Assembly (NCBI GenBank): GCA_002269645.1
Contig: NIVC01001185.1
Span: 278,099-342,098, forward strand
Length of the DNA stretch: 64,000 bases
DNA from: Macrostomum lignano
Lineage: Eukaryota
Reading direction: 5' to 3'
Part shown: in pieces, positions 58,701-64,000 of the stretch
Position numbering within the stretch: the first letter of the stretch is position 1
Layout of the letters: each line of letters starts with the position of its first letter
The notes under the pieces: generated by a model
The model's database searches: none
What the model saw: only the letters and a program-made list of their open reading frames with translations
Told to the model about the DNA's origin: nothing
Program-made: the position numbers and the translations under genes

Positions 58701-61700
58701 AACAGATTCCTAGAAAGTGAGCTAGTCCAGCATCAAGGCAGAACATCTGGATGTGTAACGAGAGGCTCTCGGAGATTCCTGGCTCAGATTATCGCCTAGA
58801 AGTGCTGTAGAATAGCTGGTCCACCTAACCTACAGACACAACTCGAACAGATTTCTCTGTCTGTTTAAGGCTCTGGCTCTCAGAGCCGCCGAGAAAGTTT
58901 AGTGCCGAGAATGCTTCAGTTTGTTAGAATGCAATCAGAACAGATTCCTAGAAAGTGAGCTAGTCCAGCATCAAGGCAGAACATCTGGATGTGTAACGAG
59001 AGGCTCTCGGAGATTCCTGGCTCAAATTATCGCCTAGAAGTGCTGTGGAGTAGCTGGTCCACCTAACTTACAGACACAACTCGAACAGATTTCTCTGTCT
59101 GTTTGAGGCTCTGGCTCTCAGAACCGCCGAGAAAGTTTAGTGCCGAGAATGCTTCAGTTTGTTAGAATGCAATCAGAACAGATTCCTAGAAAGTGAGCTA
59201 GTCCAGCATCAAGGCAGAACATCTGGATGTGTAACGAGAGGCTCTCGGAGATTCCTGGCTCAGATTATCGCCTAGAAGTGCTGTGGAGTAGCTGGTTCAC
59301 CTAACCTACAGACACAACTCGAACAGATTTCTCTGTCTGTTTAAGGCTCTGGCTCTCAGAGCCGCCGAGAAAGTTTAGTGCCAAGAATGCTTCATTTTGT
59401 TAGAATGCAATCAGAACAGATTCCTAGAAAGTGAGCTAGTCCAGCATCAAGGCAGAACATCTGGATGTGTAACGAGAGGCTCTCGGAGATTCCTGGCTCA
59501 GATTATCGCCTAGAAGTGCTGTAGAATAGCTGGTCCACCTAACCTACAGACACAACTCGAACAGATTTCTCTGTCTGTTTGAGGCTCTGGCTCTCAGAGC
59601 CGCCGAGAAAGTTTAGTGCCGAGAATGCTTCAGTTTGTTAGAATGCAATCAGAACAGATTCCTAGAAAGTGAGCTAGTCCAGCATCAAGGCAGAACATCT
59701 GGATGTGTAACGAAAGTCTCTCGGAGACTCCTGGCTCAGATTATCGCCTAGAAGTGCTGTGGAGTAGCTGGTCCACCTAACCTACAGACACAACTCGAAC
59801 AGATTTCTGTCTGTTTGAGGCTCTGGCTCTCAGAGCCGCCGAGAAAGTTTAGTGCCGAGAATGCTTCAGTTTGTTAGAATGCAATCAGAACAGATTCCTA
59901 GAAAGTGAGCTAGTCTAGTATCAAGGCAGAACATCTGGATGTGTAACGAGAGGCTCTCGGAGATTCCTGGCTCAGATTATCGCCTAGAAGTGCTGTAGAA
60001 TAGCTGGTCCACCTAACCTACAGACACAACTCGAACAGATTTCTCTGTCTGTTTGAGGCTCTGGCTCTCAGAGCCGCCGAGAAAGTTTAGTGCCGAGAAT
60101 GCTTCAGTTTGTTAGAATGCAATCAGAACAGATTCCTAGAAAGTGAGCTAGTCCAGCATCAAGGCAGAACATCTGGATGTGTAACGAGAGGCTCTCGGAG
60201 ATTCCTGGCTCAGATTATCGCCTAGAAGTGCTGTAGAATAGCTGGTCCACCTAACCTACAGACACAACTCGAACAGATTTCTCTGTCTGTTTGAGGCTCT
60301 GGCTCTCAGAGCCGCCGAGAAAGTTTAGTGCCAGAATGCTTCATTTTGTTAGAATGCAATCAGAACAGATTCCTAGAAAGTGAGCTAGTCCAGCATCAAG
60401 GCAGAACATCTGGATGTGTAACGAGAGGCTCTCGGAGATTCCTGGCTCAGATTATCGCCTAGAAGTGCTGTAGAATAGCTGGTCCACCTAACCTACAGAC
60501 ACAACTCGAACAGATTTCTCTGTCTGTTTGAGGCTCTGGCTCTCAGAGCCGCCGAGAAAGTTTAGTGCCGAGAATGCTTCAGTTTGTTAGAATGCAATCA
60601 GAACAGATTCCTAGAAAGTGAGCTAGTCCAGCATCAAGGCAGAACATCTGGATGTGTAACGAGAGGCTCTCGGAGATTCCTGGCTCAGATTATCGCCTAG
60701 AAGTGCTGTAGAATAGCTGGTCCACCTAACCTACAGACACAACTCGAACAGATTTCTCTGTCTGTTTAAGGCTCTGGCTCTCAGAGCCGCCGAGAAAGTT
60801 TAGTGCCGAGAATGCTTCAGTTTGTTAGAATGCAATCAGAACAGATTCCTAGAAAGTGAGCTAGTCCAGCATCAAGGCAGAACATCTGGATGTGTAACGA
60901 GAGGCTCTCGAGATTCCTGGCTCAGATTATCGCCTAGAAGTGCTGTAGAATAGCTGGTCCACCTAACCTACAGACACAACTCGAACAGATTTCTCTGTCT
61001 GTTTGAGGCTCTGGCTCTCAGAGCCGCCGAGAAAGTTTAGTGCCGAGAATGCTTCAGTTTGTTAGAATGCAATCAGAACAGATTCCTAGAAAGTGAGCTA
61101 GTCCAGCATCAAGGCAGAACATCTGGATGTGTAACGAAAGTCTCTCGGAGACTCCTGGCTCAGATTATCGCCTAGAAGTGCTGTGGAGTAGCTGGTCCAC
61201 CTAACCTACAGACACAACTCGAACAGATTTCTGTCTGTTTGAGGCTCTGGCTCTCAGAGCCGCCGAGAAAGTTTAGTGCCGAGAATGCTTCAGTTTGTTA
61301 GAATGCAATCAGAACAGATTCCTAGAAAGTGAGCTAGTCTAGTATCAAGGCAGAACATCTGGATGTGTAACGAGAGGCCCTTCCGGAGATTCCTGGCTCA
61401 GATTATCGCCTAGAAGTGCTGTAGAATAGCTGGTCCACCTAACCTACAGACACAACTCGAACAGATTTCTCTGTCTGTTTGAGGCTCTGGCTCTCAGAGC
61501 CGCCGAGAAAGTTTAGTGCCGAGAATGCTTCAGTTTGTTAGAATGCAATCAGAACAGATTCCTAGAAAGTGAGCTAGTCCAGCATCAAGGCAGAACATCT
61601 GGATGTGTAACGAGAGGCTCTCGGAGATTCCTGGCTCAGATTATCGCCTAGAAGTGCTGTAGAATAGCTGGTCCACCTAACCTACAGACACAACTCGAAC

Positions 61701-64000
61701 AGATTTCTCTGTCTGTTTGAGGCTCTGGCTCTCAGAGCCGCCGAGAAAGTTTAGTGCCGAGAATGCTTCAGTTTGTTAGAATGCAATCAGAACAGATTCC
61801 TAGAAAGTGAGCTAGTCCAGCATCAAGGCAGAACATCTGGATGTGTAACGAGAGGCTCTCGGAGATTCCTGGCTCAGATTATCGCCTAGAAGTGCTGTAG
61901 AATAGCTGGTCCACCTAACCTACAGACACAACTCGAACAGATTTCTCTGTCTGTTTGAGGCTCTGGCTCTCAGAGCCGCCGAGAAAGTTTAGTGCCGAGA
62001 ATGCTTCAGTTTGTTAGAATGCAATCAGAACAGATTCCTAGAAAGTGAGCTAGTCCAGCATCAAGGCAGAACATCTGGATGTGTAACGAGAGGCTCTCGG
62101 AGATTCCTGGCTCAGATTATCGCCTAGAAGTGCTGTAGAATAGCTGGTCCACCTAACCTACAGACACAACTCGAACAGATTTCTCTGTCTGTTTGAGGCT
62201 CTGGCTCTCAGAGCCGCCGAGAAAGTTTAGTGCCGAGAATGCTTCAGTTTGTTAGAATGCAATCAGAACAGATTCCTAGAAAGTGAGCTAGTCCAGCATC
62301 AAGGCAGAACATCTGGATGTGTAACGAGAGCTCTCGGAGACCTGGCTCAGATTATCGCCTAGAAGTGCTGTGGAGTAGCTGTCCACCTAACCTACAGACA
62401 CAACTCGAACAGATTTCTGTCTGTTTGAGGCTCTGGCTCTCAGAGCCGCCGAGAAAGTTTAGTGCCGAGAATGCTTCAGTTTGTTAGAATGCAATCAGAA
62501 CAGATTCCTAGAAAGTGAGCTAGTCCAGCATCAAGGCAGAACATCTGGATGTGTAACGAGAGGCTCTCGGAGATTCCTGGCTCAGATTATCGCCTAGAAG
62601 TGCTGTAGAATAGCTGGTCCACCTAACCTACAGACACAACTCGAACAGATTTCTCTGTCTGTTTGAGGCTCTGGCTCTTAGGTGGTCCAATAACCTACAG
62701 CAACAAAACTGAAGCAGCTCTCTCAGTCTGTTGTGAGGCTTTGGCTCACCAGTAGCTGGTCCACCTAACCTACAGACACAACTCGAACAGATTTCTCTGT
62801 CTGTTTGAGGCTCTGGCTCTCAGAGCCGCCGAGAAAGTTTAGTGCCGAGAATGCTTCAGTTTGTTAGAATGCAATCAGAACAGATTCTAGAAAGTGAGCT
62901 AGTCCAGCATCAAGGCAGAACATCTGGATGTGTAACGAGAGGCTCTCGGAGATTCCTGGCTCAGATTATCGCCTAGAAGTGCTGTAGAATAGCTGGTCCA
63001 CCTAACCTACAGACACAACTCGAACAGATTTCTCTGTCTGTTTGAGGCTCTGGCTCTCAGAGCCGCCGAGAAAGTTTAGTGCCAGAATGCTTCAGTTTGT
63101 TAGAATGCAATCAGAACAGATTCCTAGAAAGTGAGCTAGTCCAGCATCAAGCAGAACATCTGGGATGTGTAACGAGAGGCTCTCGGAGATTCCTGGCTCA
63201 GATTATCGCCTAGAAGTGCTGTGGAGTAGCTGCGTCACCTAACCTACAGACACAACTCGAACAGATATTCTCTGTCTGTTTTGAGGCTCTGGCTCTCAGA
63301 GCCGCCGCAGAAAGTTTAGTGCCAGAAGAATGCTTCATTTTGTTAGAATGCAATCAGAACAGATTCTTAGAAAGTGAGCTAGTCCAGCATCAAGGCAGAA
63401 CATCTGGATGTGTAACGAGAGGCTCTCGGAGATTCCTGCTCAGATTATCGCCTAGAAGTGCTGTGAGTAGCTGGTCCACCTAACCTACAGACACAACTCG
63501 AACAGATTCTCTGTCTGTTTTGGGCTCTGGCTCTCAGAGCCGCCGAAGAAAGTTTAGTGCCAAGAATGCTTCAGTTTGTTAGAATGCAATCAGAACAGAT
63601 TCCTAGAAAGTGAGCTAGTCCAGCATCAAGGCAACATCTGGATGTGTAACGAGAGGCTCTCGGAGATCCTGGCTCAGATTATCGCCTAGAAGTGCTGGAG
63701 TAGCTGGTCACCTAACCTACAGACACAACTCGAACAGATTTCTCTGTCTGTTTAGGCTCTGGCTCTCAGAGCCGCCGAGAAAGTTTAGTGCCGAGAATGC
63801 TTCAGTTTGTTAGAATGCAATCAGAACAGATTCCTAGAAAAGTGAGCTAGATCCAGCATCAAGGCAGAACATCTGGATGTGCTAACGAGAGGCTCTCGGA
63901 GATTCCTGGCTCAGATTATCCGCCTAGAAGTGCTGTGGAGTAGCTGGCTCCACCTAACCTACAGACACAACTCGAACAGATTCTGTCTGTTTGAGGCTCT
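55720..64000. repeat. 238-bp satellite DNA array (~34 monomers) with variant monomers and interspersed ~65-bp subrepeats; runs off the window end
   Basis: TAGCTGGTCCACCTAACC recurs at 57011, 57249 and 57487 (period 238). Confidence 0.97.

Noticed and set aside
62300-64000. Rising number of single-base indel variants in satellite monomers toward the window end
   Set aside because: The pattern (scattered 1-nt indels increasing toward the edge) fits low-coverage long-read consensus error better than biology.

Overview
Intron-rich eukaryotic (invertebrate) genomic DNA with no prokaryotic features. Almost every intron carries its own private minisatellite, a style that suggests a free-living flatworm such as Macrostomum (inference only). 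Hand-spliced, phase-consistent gene models: (1) a 5-exon carotenoid cleavage oxygenase with an apparent signal peptide (3491-8547, +); (2) a 10-exon, ~964-aa DEG/ENaC channel whose extracellular loop carries kringle-like/WSC/kringle-like modules (9556-16848, -); (3) a signal peptide + SUEL lectin exon that can splice in frame onto a divergent class A GPCR exon (19769-23195, +); (4) two intronless PAN/apple + C-type-lectin paralogs (-) separated by a 5'-truncated RNase H-bearing non-LTR retrotransposon with a 10-bp TSD; (5) a 6-exon DUF21/CBS (CNNM-family) transporter (33043-36815, -); (6) IST1 (39619-47453, +), whose first intron has a strongly CpG-depleted block; (7) a C-type lectin + sushi-like gene (49667 to >53569, +) running into an ~8 kb 238-bp satellite array. 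Also present: two copies of a tRNA-derived SINE, several MITE-like elements and about 20 tandem repeats. The strongest novelty candidates are the kringle/WSC-bearing DEG/ENaC channel and the lectin-GPCR fusion.
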